Below, piece after piece: positions 7,927 through 16,521 of a stretch of DNA of 27,876 nt. The notes beneath the pieces were generated by a model. It did not search any database, was not told where the DNA came from, and worked only from the letters and a program-made list of their open reading frames with translations. The DNA lies in NCBI GenBank assembly GCA_017513365.1, contig JAFXFY010000141.1, positions 1 to 27,876 of the forward strand, read 5' to 3'. This DNA comes from Alphaproteobacteria bacterium (GTDB taxonomy: Bacteria > Pseudomonadota > Alphaproteobacteria > CAAHEQ01 > UBA3637). The position numbers were made by a program, and so were the translations under genes. Position 1 is the stretch's first letter. Each line of letters starts with the position of its first letter.

Positions 7927-9330
7927 ATGCCATCTAAATTTATTTTAACCATTTTGGGAACAACTTTTTTTGCCGGTTCTGTATGTGCGGGATTGCCTGA
8001 AGCTATTCGGTCGTATGAAGCCGGTCTGTATGCAGATGCCTTGTCCGAATTTACGTATTTAGCCGATGAACAAGATGCAACGGCTTTGTATTACTTAGGG
8101 CAAATGTACGAAAATGGACAAGGGGTTGAAAAAGATACCACTAAGGCTACCGAATATTATCAAAAAGCCGATGCTTTGGGTAATATGCAAGCGTCCGTTC
8201 AATTGGCTAAAACCGTTTTTTATGATGACACAATTGAAAATAATAAAGAAATTGGGTTAGAATATTTGAAAAAAACGGCCTATAACGGCAGTGCTGATGC
8301 TTTATATGAATTGGGTGAAATTTATCATACCGGGAATGGGGTGGATAAAGATTATTCTTATGCTTTTGGTTATTATTTAATGGCCTCAATGAAAGGGGAA
8401 AAACGGGCTCAACATAAATTGGCTCTTTCTTATATTAATGGGCGAGGTACACCACAAGATTTTGCCAATGGGATTAAATGGTTGGCTCGTTCGGCTAACC
8501 AAGGCTATGTTTTGGCTCAAAAAGAATTGGCCGATTATCAATCTTCGGATAGCAGATTGTTGAATTTGCCGGATGCCTATGCTTGGTATAGTATTATTGC
8601 GGCCTATAACTCTGATGATATTGGAACCGAGGCTGCTAGCCGTCGTGATGAAATTGCCCAAAAAATTTCAAAACAACAAGATGTGTTGTTAAAAAAACAA
8701 TTGGCGGCTCGTAATTGGCGTCCGATTACGCCGGAACAATCGGTATCTAAAGAGGATTTATTAAATACACCTATGCCGATTATCCCCGGTTTTAATGATT
8801 CGGTTACGGTTCAAAAAAGATTGTCCGGTGGGGCTGTATTGTATGCTGATGGGGCTAAATACGGTATTACGCCCGTTATGTTGGAAACAGCCGTTCAAAC
8901 AAAGGATATGACGCAATTAACTAAAACAATTGAAGATGCCGTTAAAAATGGTCATATCGGGGCCTATGCTTATTTGGGTGATTTGTTCCACACTCGTTTT
9001 AACGATGATACCAGTGCCTTTACATGGTATTTAAAGGGGGCAAAGCAAGGAGATGCCTATGCTAAGTATCAATTGGCGAATTTGTATTGTGAAGGGCGTG
9101 GTGTTGAAGCTCCAAATGTTGTAGAATGCTACAAGTGGTTGGTATCTGCCACCAATACAGAGGATGAAACTTTGGGGGCGACAATTGCTCAGGCTATGCG
9201 TGATGTGGAAAGTCAAGCAACTCCTGAGGAAATTGAAGCTGGTAAAACAGCTGCAGCTCAAATGGCTGAAGAGGTAAAGAAAGAAGCACCTAAGCAAAAT
9301 AAAGATAGCGGTGGATTTAATTTCTTCTAA
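7927..9330 (+). CDS. Secreted Sel1-like repeat protein
   Basis: Signal peptide; multiple ALYYLGQMYENGQGV / ALYELGEIYHTGNGV / AKYQLANLYCEGRGV-type repeats. Confidence 0.9.
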   Translation: MPSKFILTILGTTFFAGSVCAGLPEAIRSYEAGLYADALSEFTYLADEQDATALYYLGQMYENGQGVEKDTTKATEYYQKADALGNMQASVQLAKTVFYDDTIENNKEIGLEYLKKTAYNGSADALYELGEIYHTGNGVDKDYSYAFGYYLMASMKGEKRAQHKLALSYINGRGTPQDFANGIKWLARSANQGYVLAQKELADYQSSDSRLLNLPDAYAWYSIIAAYNSDDIGTEAASRRDEIAQKISKQQDVLLKKQLAARNWRPITPEQSVSKEDLLNTPMPIIPGFNDSVTVQKRLSGGAVLYADGAKYGITPVMLETAVQTKDMTQLTKTIEDAVKNGHIGAYAYLGDLFHTRFNDDTSAFTWYLKGAKQGDAYAKYQLANLYCEGRGVEAPNVVECYKWLVSATNTEDETLGATIAQAMRDVESQATPEEIEAGKTAAAQMAEEVKKEAPKQNKDSGGFNFF

Positions 9331-9351
9331 TTTAGATTAAGACATTTTAAG

Positions 9352-9386
9352 AAAATACCTTACTGATTATCGGTAAGGTATTTTTT
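9352..9386 (+). terminator. Intrinsic terminator
   Basis: AAAATACCTTAC-tgattatcg-GTAAGGTATTTT. Confidence 0.85.
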
Positions 9387-9544
9387 ATATTAATACTTTC
9401 GTATAGTTGGCTTGACTAAAGTCAATAGAATGCCAATATATAGGATGGTAATGCCCGTTGACATAATCGGGCAAGATAATCATCATATAATTGAACGCTT
9501 TTCCCTCAAACGGTCAAATATTTTTTGTATAAGAGGAGAAAAGT

Positions 9545-10501
9545 ATGCCGGCTGTATCCGTCATTATACCTGTTTATAACGTGCAGAAGTATTTAAACAG
9601 ATGTTTAGACAGTGTCTTATTCCAACGATTTCAAGATATTGAAATTATTTGTGTTAATGATGGCTCAATAGATGAGTGTGAACGTATTTTAGCCATTTAT
9701 GCTAAAGAACATAAACACATTAAAGTTATTTCCGGTGAAAATAGAGGGTTATCTGGTGCCAGAAATATCGGATTGGCACAAGCAACGGGAGAATGTATTT
9801 TTTTCTTAGATGCTGATGATGCCATTCATCCGGACTGTTTAGATATTTTATGGACTGTGTTAAATGATAGTGGGGCCGATATGGTTCATTGTCAATTTGA
9901 AAAAACAGACGGATTATCCAGACGATATCAAGATATTGAAACAGATAAAATAACATACCGTTTAATACCATCTTATTGTTTTTCCGGTAAGAAAAATATG
10001 GGATTTAATGTATGGTCTAATTTATATAAACGATCATTATTAGAGGGAATTCAATTTATTGATGGTATTCATTTTGAAGATGTCCCTTTTTTATTGACTG
10101 TATTGGCAAGACATCCAAAAATAGCCTCTGTAGATGAAAAATTATATTTTTATACCATCAATGAAAACTCCATTTCTCATAAACGAGCTAATCCACAACA
10201 AATTAGAGATTATCATACGGGATTAAATTACATTTATCATGTTTATAATCAAGCGGGGTTATTATCTGAATTAGAACGGTTAAAACGTACCTTTATTCCC
10301 GTTATTTTAAAACAACAGCTGGGACGTTGCCAAAGGGCAGACAAAACGATTCAATCAGAGATGTATCGGGCATTTGCTACAGAATTGAAAGATTTGAAAA
10401 CCAAAGGATTACTTGGGTGGAAAGGTCATAAACTACACCGGTATTTTACATATCGGTGGTTGATTATGCCTGAAGAAAGGGAAAATCATACCTCTGTATG
10501 A
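9545..10501 (+). CDS. Glycosyltransferase family 2
   Basis: VSVIIPVYNV, CVNDGS, NRGLSGARNIG, FLDADD, FEDV motifs; SD GAGGAG. Confidence 0.92.
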   Translation: MPAVSVIIPVYNVQKYLNRCLDSVLFQRFQDIEIICVNDGSIDECERILAIYAKEHKHIKVISGENRGLSGARNIGLAQATGECIFFLDADDAIHPDCLDILWTVLNDSGADMVHCQFEKTDGLSRRYQDIETDKITYRLIPSYCFSGKKNMGFNVWSNLYKRSLLEGIQFIDGIHFEDVPFLLTVLARHPKIASVDEKLYFYTINENSISHKRANPQQIRDYHTGLNYIYHVYNQAGLLSELERLKRTFIPVILKQQLGRCQRADKTIQSEMYRAFATELKDLKTKGLLGWKGHKLHRYFTYRWLIMPEERENHTSV

Positions 10502-10780
10502 TTTTTCCATGACAGAGTTATCTAAATATAATATGCTTTGTAAAAAATATTTTGATAGTTCTTTTAAGCAAACAGCCATTTAATTTTCTGGGTATTTAAA
10601 CGGTTGTTTGATTGTATACTGGTGTATAAGCTTGTCTTTTCTTCTAAAACACATATTTTGTTTTATTGGGTTAGGATATGGAGATATTGTACTGTTATTG
10701 AATTTTTTTAACAATTTAAAAAACGTATTCAATCGGAACGTGTGATTTGTGTCTAAGACAGAAGGCAAATTAAAATTGTC

Positions 10781-10809
10781 TTGACAAAAATGGTGAAAAA
10801 AGATAACAT
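10781..10809 (+). promoter_or_regulatory. sigma70-type promoter, probably giving a leaderless mRNA
   Basis: TTGACA-17-TAACAT; ATG 6 nt after the -10, no SD. Confidence 0.65.
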
Positions 10810-10815
10810 AACTAT

Positions 10816-12573
10816 ATGCAAATATTTAAAAGTTTTAAAAATACCTATCTGTTTCAAAATTATTCTAAAATTTATCCGTATGTTCGCCCATACTTAGGGC
10901 GTGCTATTTTGGCAATTTTGGTGACGTTGCCTTTGGGGGCAATGGATGCCGTCATTGCATGGGTTTTAAAACCCTATATGGATATTGTTATGATTGAAAA
11001 AAGTGCTAAAGCGACTTCTTTTTTGCCCCTATTGATTATTATTTTCAGTTTGGCACAAAGTTCGTTAAATTATGCGGCGACCTATTTAAATACGTGGGTT
11101 GGTAATAAAATTACCATGGATTTAAAAAAGGATTTGTTTAAAAAAATGATGCGGTGTGATGCTTCATTTTTTGATAAAACAACTTCTGGTGATGTGATGT
11201 TCCGTTTTAACCAAGATGCTGATATGGCTTGTAGCGGATTATTGAGTAATTTAAAATTATTTACGACTCGTTTATTTTCATCAATTTCATTAATTTTTGT
11301 GTTGATTTATAATTCGTGGCAATTATCCATTATCGCTATTACAGTTTTGTTTGGGGCATTGTATCCATTAACAAAGGTACGTAAAAAAATTAAAGGGATT
11401 ATGGATAAAACGGTGTTTTCCGGCGCTCGTGTGATGACACATTATAATGAAGCGTTTAGTGGCAATCGGGTTGTGTCCTCTTTTAATTTGTATGAATATC
11501 AATCTAATCGTTTTAATGAAACGTTACGAGCCGTTTTCAAATTAGGTATGAACATGACCAAAAAAACGGGCATGTTGACACCAATGATGCATTTTGTTGT
11601 GTCTATCGGGATTGCGGGTGTGATTTGGCTGGGTAGTTATTTAATTACAACCAATCAATTAACGCCTGGTGGGTTTGTATCGTTTATTACGGCTTTGTTA
11701 ATGTTATATCATCCGATTAAATCCATTGGGACAAATTATACCAGTGTGCAAATGTCATTTTTGGCCATTGAACGTGTTTTTGAACGATTGAATGCTGTTC
11801 CTGATATTTGTAGTAAACACAATGCTGTTAAAATCAACGGCATTAAATCGGGGGTAGAATTTGACAATGTTTGTTTTGAATATGAAAAAGGTCGTCCGGT
11901 TTTACAAGATGTTTCATTAACGGTTAAAAAAGGTCAAACAGTTGCTTTCGTCGGTAATTCCGGTGGCGGAAAAAGTACGTTGGTGAATTTGTTGCCTCGT
12001 TTTTATGATGTGAAATCCGGTGCCGTTAAAATAGACGGGCAAGATGTGCGGGATATTGATATAGATTCCTTAAGAGATCAAATTGCCATTGTGTTTCAAG
12101 ATAATGTTTTGTTTGCCGGTACCATTCGTGACAATATTATGTTGGGTAAAGCAACGGCAACTCAACAAGAAATTGACCGAGCCGTTCATAATGCCTGTTT
12201 AGATGAATTTATCGCATCGTTACCAAATGGGTTAGATACCGAAATTGGTGAACGAGGGACTAAATTGTCCGGTGGGCAAAAGCAACGTGTAGCAATTGCT
12301 CGGGCTTTTCTAAAAAATGCGCCGATGGTCATTTTAGATGAAGCCACTTCGGCATTGGATAATAAATCGGAAGAAATTGTTCAGCAAGCTATTTATAATT
12401 TGATGGAAGACAGGACAGTTTTTGTGATTGCACACCGATTGTCTACGGTCAAAAATGCAGATAAAATCGTTGTGATAGATCATGGTGTCGTGCAAGAAAC
12501 CGGAACCCATGAAGAGTTGTTGAATAAACAAAATTCTTTATATGCTTCGTTGTATAATACTCAAATAAAATAG
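10816..12573 (+). CDS. msbA: ABC exporter TMD-NBD fusion, MsbA-like
   Basis: N-terminal multi-TM domain; Walker A GNSGGGKST, LSGGQKQR, ILDEATSALD, AHRLST. Substrate assignment is by resemblance only. Confidence 0.8.
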   Translation: MQIFKSFKNTYLFQNYSKIYPYVRPYLGRAILAILVTLPLGAMDAVIAWVLKPYMDIVMIEKSAKATSFLPLLIIIFSLAQSSLNYAATYLNTWVGNKITMDLKKDLFKKMMRCDASFFDKTTSGDVMFRFNQDADMACSGLLSNLKLFTTRLFSSISLIFVLIYNSWQLSIIAITVLFGALYPLTKVRKKIKGIMDKTVFSGARVMTHYNEAFSGNRVVSSFNLYEYQSNRFNETLRAVFKLGMNMTKKTGMLTPMMHFVVSIGIAGVIWLGSYLITTNQLTPGGFVSFITALLMLYHPIKSIGTNYTSVQMSFLAIERVFERLNAVPDICSKHNAVKINGIKSGVEFDNVCFEYEKGRPVLQDVSLTVKKGQTVAFVGNSGGGKSTLVNLLPRFYDVKSGAVKIDGQDVRDIDIDSLRDQIAIVFQDNVLFAGTIRDNIMLGKATATQQEIDRAVHNACLDEFIASLPNGLDTEIGERGTKLSGGQKQRVAIARAFLKNAPMVILDEATSALDNKSEEIVQQAIYNLMEDRTVFVIAHRLSTVKNADKIVVIDHGVVQETGTHEELLNKQNSLYASLYNTQIK

Positions 12574-12594
12574 TGGGATAAAAGGAGAGATAAA

Positions 12595-13479
12595 ATGAAA
12601 AAAATGTTAAATTATATTGCTAACGGCAAAGGAATTGGTCTGAAATATTTTACGTTATTTTCAATTTTAGTTTGTATTTTATGTTGGTTTATTTTTTCTT
12701 CCGTTGTTATGAAAAATACACAAACGAATGAACATCTGAATCAGTTTTTCAGTAAAGTGCCAACCTTGGAAATTGCTGATGGTCGTTTGATTGAACCGAA
12801 AAATACCTATTTATCTATCCCGATTGTAGAAGGGTATAGTGATGAATTAATCATTAATACGGTTCCCGAAATACCGGTTAATTTAAATTTTGCGTCGGGT
12901 ATTTATTTATCGTCTGATGCGGTGTATTTTAAGGTACCGGCTTTAGCTAATGATATTCAAGTTATTCAGTGGTCCGAAGTTGGTAATCGCGTCATTGATC
13001 GTGCCGCTTTAGAAAATGGATTGCAGGGGATTATCGGTATTTTTTCTACTTTATTAGCACTGATTTTCTGTTGTATTTTATGGGCCGGATATGTGTTGAT
13101 ACAAATTACGACAAAGTTGTTCTTTTGGGTTTTGGGATATCATACGGGTAAAGGGCAAACGGGTCGTGCTGCAACAGTGTCTTGGATAGGGGTTTTAAGT
13201 GTCAACTTCTTATTGTTATTTGCTTCTTTGCAGCTCAGTATCCCTGTGATATTTATCATGGCAATTGTATTAGCGTTGGCTTTAGTCTTTAAGTCCCCGA
13301 AACAAGAGCAACAATCAGTATCCGGTCATTCATTCTTTGATACAGTACCGGTATCAGAAAAAGAGGTAGAAACACCGGTACAAACACCGGATAAGCCTGT
13401 AAAAGTGGCGAGTAAAAAGAAAAATTTAAAGTTGGCGGAAAAACCACGCAGAGAGCCGACTAAAAAAGTTAAAAAATAA
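12595..13479 (+). CDS. Hypothetical integral membrane protein
   Basis: SD AAGGAG; one N-terminal TM, a periplasmic segment, several further TMs and a Lys-rich tail. Confidence 0.8.
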   Translation: MKKMLNYIANGKGIGLKYFTLFSILVCILCWFIFSSVVMKNTQTNEHLNQFFSKVPTLEIADGRLIEPKNTYLSIPIVEGYSDELIINTVPEIPVNLNFASGIYLSSDAVYFKVPALANDIQVIQWSEVGNRVIDRAALENGLQGIIGIFSTLLALIFCCILWAGYVLIQITTKLFFWVLGYHTGKGQTGRAATVSWIGVLSVNFLLLFASLQLSIPVIFIMAIVLALALVFKSPKQEQQSVSGHSFFDTVPVSEKEVETPVQTPDKPVKVASKKKNLKLAEKPRREPTKKVKK

Positions 13480-13482
13480 CAT

Positions 13483-13514
13483 AAATGCCCATCATTTCGG
13501 TGGGCATTTTTTTT
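13483..13514. terminator. Bidirectional intrinsic terminator
   Basis: AAATGCCCATC-atttc-GGTGGGCATTT-TTTTT between convergent genes. Confidence 0.8.
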
Positions 13515-13529
13515 AACTTGCAAAATAAT

Positions 13530-14480
13530 CTAATTGCCACGACAAACGGCAATATACGCATGATGATTATGTCTTCTTGTTTTTGCTTCTTTAGACAAAC
13601 CACTGGTAATATCGACCATATATGCCGTTGTGCTGTTGACTTGTGTTGCTGTCCAAACGCCTCTTGGATTAGACGCATTAATAAAACCTTTATTTTTTAA
13701 TTCATTCATCAAGTTTGAGGGACCATTTGCGGTTGAATCCCATAGTTCATCTGTTGTTGGTAATCTTTTGCCTAACAGACCGCAAATTTTGTTTGCTTGA
13801 TACCAATTGGGAGTATGTTGCATATTAAACATCCATGCCCAAATAGAACACCACTCTTCCCCATCAATTTCGGCACATTTACGAATACCATACTTTAAAC
13901 ACTCCTCTTTGTTACTTTCTGAACTATATAAGCACGATGTTTCAAAATCACATTCTGTATCACCACATGTTTCAGGTATTCCATAATAAAAAGTCATATC
14001 ATTATCATCATTACATGCCGTGCTATCTCCAACAGCGACAGAATTAATGCTGATTTGGGTAATAGATGTATCCGCCCCTTCTATAATCATTTCGCATACA
14101 TACTTAGGTACACCTAACAGGCTCATGTCTACAGCATCATGTCCGGCAACATATCCGTAATCTCCCCATTCATACCCAACCGTGGAATGGGTTCCCCATT
14201 GGTCTAAATTTAACTCTTGTCCGTTTTCTTTTTGTGTAAGTAAATCAATACTGCGCAAATTGATGTCATTTATGGTGGTATTCGCTCGGTATTTATCCAT
14301 GCCGTAGGAATATCCGGCAATTCCACCGATACTTAACACACCGATAATAGCGAGTGTTCCCAGCATTTCAACCATAGAACGACCGGATTCAGACATTCTG
14401 CTGTCATTCTTGTGCGTAGCGTTAGCGAAGACACGAGAATCCAGTATATTGATTTCTTCTTGTTTAATATTCATAGCCAT
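13530..14480 (-). CDS. Type IV prepilin-like protein with C-terminal C-type-lectin-like (Lcl/DUF1566-type) domain
   Basis: SESG|RSMVEMLGTLAIIGVLSIGG after a long leader; C-terminal NWYQANKICGLLGKRLPTTDEL ... VWTAT ... AYMV ... YIAVC. Confidence 0.8.
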   Translation of the reverse strand: MAMNIKQEEINILDSRVFANATHKNDSRMSESGRSMVEMLGTLAIIGVLSIGGIAGYSYGMDKYRANTTINDINLRSIDLLTQKENGQELNLDQWGTHSTVGYEWGDYGYVAGHDAVDMSLLGVPKYVCEMIIEGADTSITQISINSVAVGDSTACNDDNDMTFYYGIPETCGDTECDFETSCLYSSESNKEECLKYGIRKCAEIDGEEWCSIWAWMFNMQHTPNWYQANKICGLLGKRLPTTDELWDSTANGPSNLMNELKNKGFINASNPRGVWTATQVNSTTAYMVDITSGLSKEAKTRRHNHHAYIAVCRGN

Positions 14481-14700
14481 ATGCTTCCCTTCCTTTGTTA
14501 TTAATAACTAAAACGAAAACCACGCTTTTATAAAAAGTGTGGCTGGAAGTTGAAGACTATTGAAGAGAATAGTGTGGCATATTCGGCATTTCTGCCTATT
14601 TTGCCGCCCTCCAGCCAACGCTGGAAAGCGTATATTTTTCGTCCGCTATCGGACGCTCTTCAAAGAGGTCTTCATACCTCAGGGCAGAATAACTGCCCTG
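14481..14700 (-). promoter_or_regulatory. Candidate structured 5' leader / attenuator
   Basis: Hairpins at 14680-14700, 14665-14680, 14640-14655 and 14610-14625; alternative helix 14610-14617/14540-14547; terminator 14520-14542 with U-tract 14510-14519. Confidence 0.6.
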
Positions 14701-14705
14701 CATAT

Positions 14706-14734
14706 AACATATCAAATATTACACTGTAATGCAA
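14706..14734 (-). promoter_or_regulatory. sigma70-type promoter with a dyad in the spacer
   Basis: Minus strand TTGCAT-17-TATGTT; ATTACA-c-TGTAAT palindrome at 14718-14730. Confidence 0.6.
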
Positions 14735-14778
14735 TACTTTTGTGATGCAAAAAAATGATGTTATTTATAAAAAAAGTT

Positions 14779-15825
14779 CTAAGCTCGTTCAATCAAGCAC
14801 GCATCGCCGTATGAAAAGAATCTGTAATTATGTTGTATGGCATAGGCATAGGCCGTTTTCATCGCTTCAATACCGGCAAAGGCACAGACCAACATAAATA
14901 ACGTAGAACCGGATAAATGAAAATTGGTGAACATGACATCAATAAATTTAAACCGGTATCCTGGGGTAATAAAAATAGAAGTTTCACCCGCAAACGGATG
15001 TAAAATACCCTTTTCATCAGCAGCCGATTCCAATAATCTGAGGGATGTCGTGCCAACGGATATAATACGACGCCCTTCACGTTTTGCCTGATTTAAACGC
15101 TCAGCCACATCTGGGGTGATAACCCCAAATTCAGCGTGCATTTTATGGTCATCCGTATCATCCACTTTAACGGGTAAAAAAGTACCACCGCCAACGTGCA
15201 GAGTAATAAATTCTCTGGAAACACCCTTTTTATCCAATCTGTCAAATAACTGTGGTGTAAAATGCAATCCGGCTGTCGGAGCCGCTACAGCCCCCTCATG
15301 GCACGCATAAATGGTTTGATAGTCGGCCTTGTCCGATTCTTTTCCGCCACGTAAGCGTTTAATATAAGGGGGCAAAGGCATTGTCCCGACTTCATGTAAA
15401 GCCGTCATTAAATCAGCCCCACTTTTGTTAAAATGCAATACCACTGGTCCTGTATCCATTTTGTGCATAACGGTGGCATTAAAATCATCGGCCAAAAAAG
15501 TAATGATATCACCTTGTTTGAGGCGACGCGAATTTTTAATCAGTGTTTCCCAATCGGATAAGTTTAATTGTTTAAACAGCGTGATTTCAATGTTGGCTTC
15601 GCCTCGTTTGCCGTATAATCTGGCAGGAATGACTTTGGTATCATTAAAAACCAACACATCTGTCGGGCGTAAGATTTTATCCAAATCGGCAACGGTTAAA
15701 TCCGTTAAAGTCGGTTGATTATCGCATACCCGAATATGTAATAATTTAGACGAATCTCTGGGATTTGCCGGCGCATTTGCAATATGACTTTCGGGTAAAT
15801 CAAATGTAAAAATATCTGTTTTCAT
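14779..15825 (-). CDS. queA: S-adenosylmethionine:tRNA ribosyltransferase-isomerase
   Basis: VFNDTKVIPARL, MPLPPYIKR, YQTIYA, AVAAPTAGLHFT, VGTTSLR, TNFHL, YRFFSYGDA. Confidence 0.97.
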   Translation of the reverse strand: MKTDIFTFDLPESHIANAPANPRDSSKLLHIRVCDNQPTLTDLTVADLDKILRPTDVLVFNDTKVIPARLYGKRGEANIEITLFKQLNLSDWETLIKNSRRLKQGDIITFLADDFNATVMHKMDTGPVVLHFNKSGADLMTALHEVGTMPLPPYIKRLRGGKESDKADYQTIYACHEGAVAAPTAGLHFTPQLFDRLDKKGVSREFITLHVGGGTFLPVKVDDTDDHKMHAEFGVITPDVAERLNQAKREGRRIISVGTTSLRLLESAADEKGILHPFAGETSIFITPGYRFKFIDVMFTNFHLSGSTLFMLVCAFAGIEAMKTAYAYAIQHNYRFFSYGDACLIERA

Positions 15826-15837
15826 ACGGTCTCCCCA

Positions 15838-16521
15838 CTATGCCGGACGACATACGATAAGGCCGGATACATTTTTCATTTTTTGGCAATAATCGGCAAT
15901 GGTGCCTTCGTGCATAACCACTTTCCCAAGCAGTGAGGAGGCATGAATAAACGTCATCCCAGCTTTTGTTTTATGAGCAATCCCGACATGTGCTGTATCT
16001 AATCCAATAGCATTAGTGGTAAAAAACACAATATCACCGTCTTTAATTTTTTTGATAGCTCGGTCAAAACGATAAGGCGGAATCATGAAAAACGGATGAG
16101 CTGACAAGATTTTTTCCGTATGTGCCATTTTCTTAATATGACCCCCAACCAATCTGGGATACAACATCGTATGAGTTGTCATAAAGTTAATTTCTTTAGT
16201 GGTTTCAATTCCTTTTAAATCGGCGGTAATGTTTTTTAAGATTCCCTTTTGTTCATTATCGTGAATCCAATCCAAGGCATAGTGTAATCTGGATGAAAAA
16301 CCGTCTTTTTTGCCACCCCGATAGCGAATGTATTCCAATGTTTCGGCAACGCTTTTACGTTTCTTTTTGGCATAAACCATAGCCAGACACATTTCAACCA
16401 ATGTCATACAATCAAACACATCTGTGCGAAAGACAAGACGTTCCACGGCTCCGGTATCCAACGTACCGCCTTGATAGGGGGTATCAATAAAAGTCATAGC
16501 GGTTTGATCTAAAGCACTCAT
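15838..16521 (-). CDS. DUF1460 / AmiA-like NlpC/P60-superfamily amidase
   Basis: TPYQGGTL, FDCMTLVE (catalytic Cys), LRY..G...FSSRLHY-type segment, DTAHVGI (His), FIHASS; ATG overlaps the lepA stop. Confidence 0.8.
   Translation of the reverse strand: MSALDQTAMTFIDTPYQGGTLDTGAVERLVFRTDVFDCMTLVEMCLAMVYAKKKRKSVAETLEYIRYRGGKKDGFSSRLHYALDWIHDNEQKGILKNITADLKGIETTKEINFMTTHTMLYPRLVGGHIKKMAHTEKILSAHPFFMIPPYRFDRAIKKIKDGDIVFFTTNAIGLDTAHVGIAHKTKAGMTFIHASSLLGKVVMHEGTIADYCQKMKNVSGLIVCRPA

Noticed and set aside
10502-10780. Possible gene remnant in the 280-bp gap before msbA (ORF 10580-10768)
   Set aside because: No recognisable motif, SD or structure.
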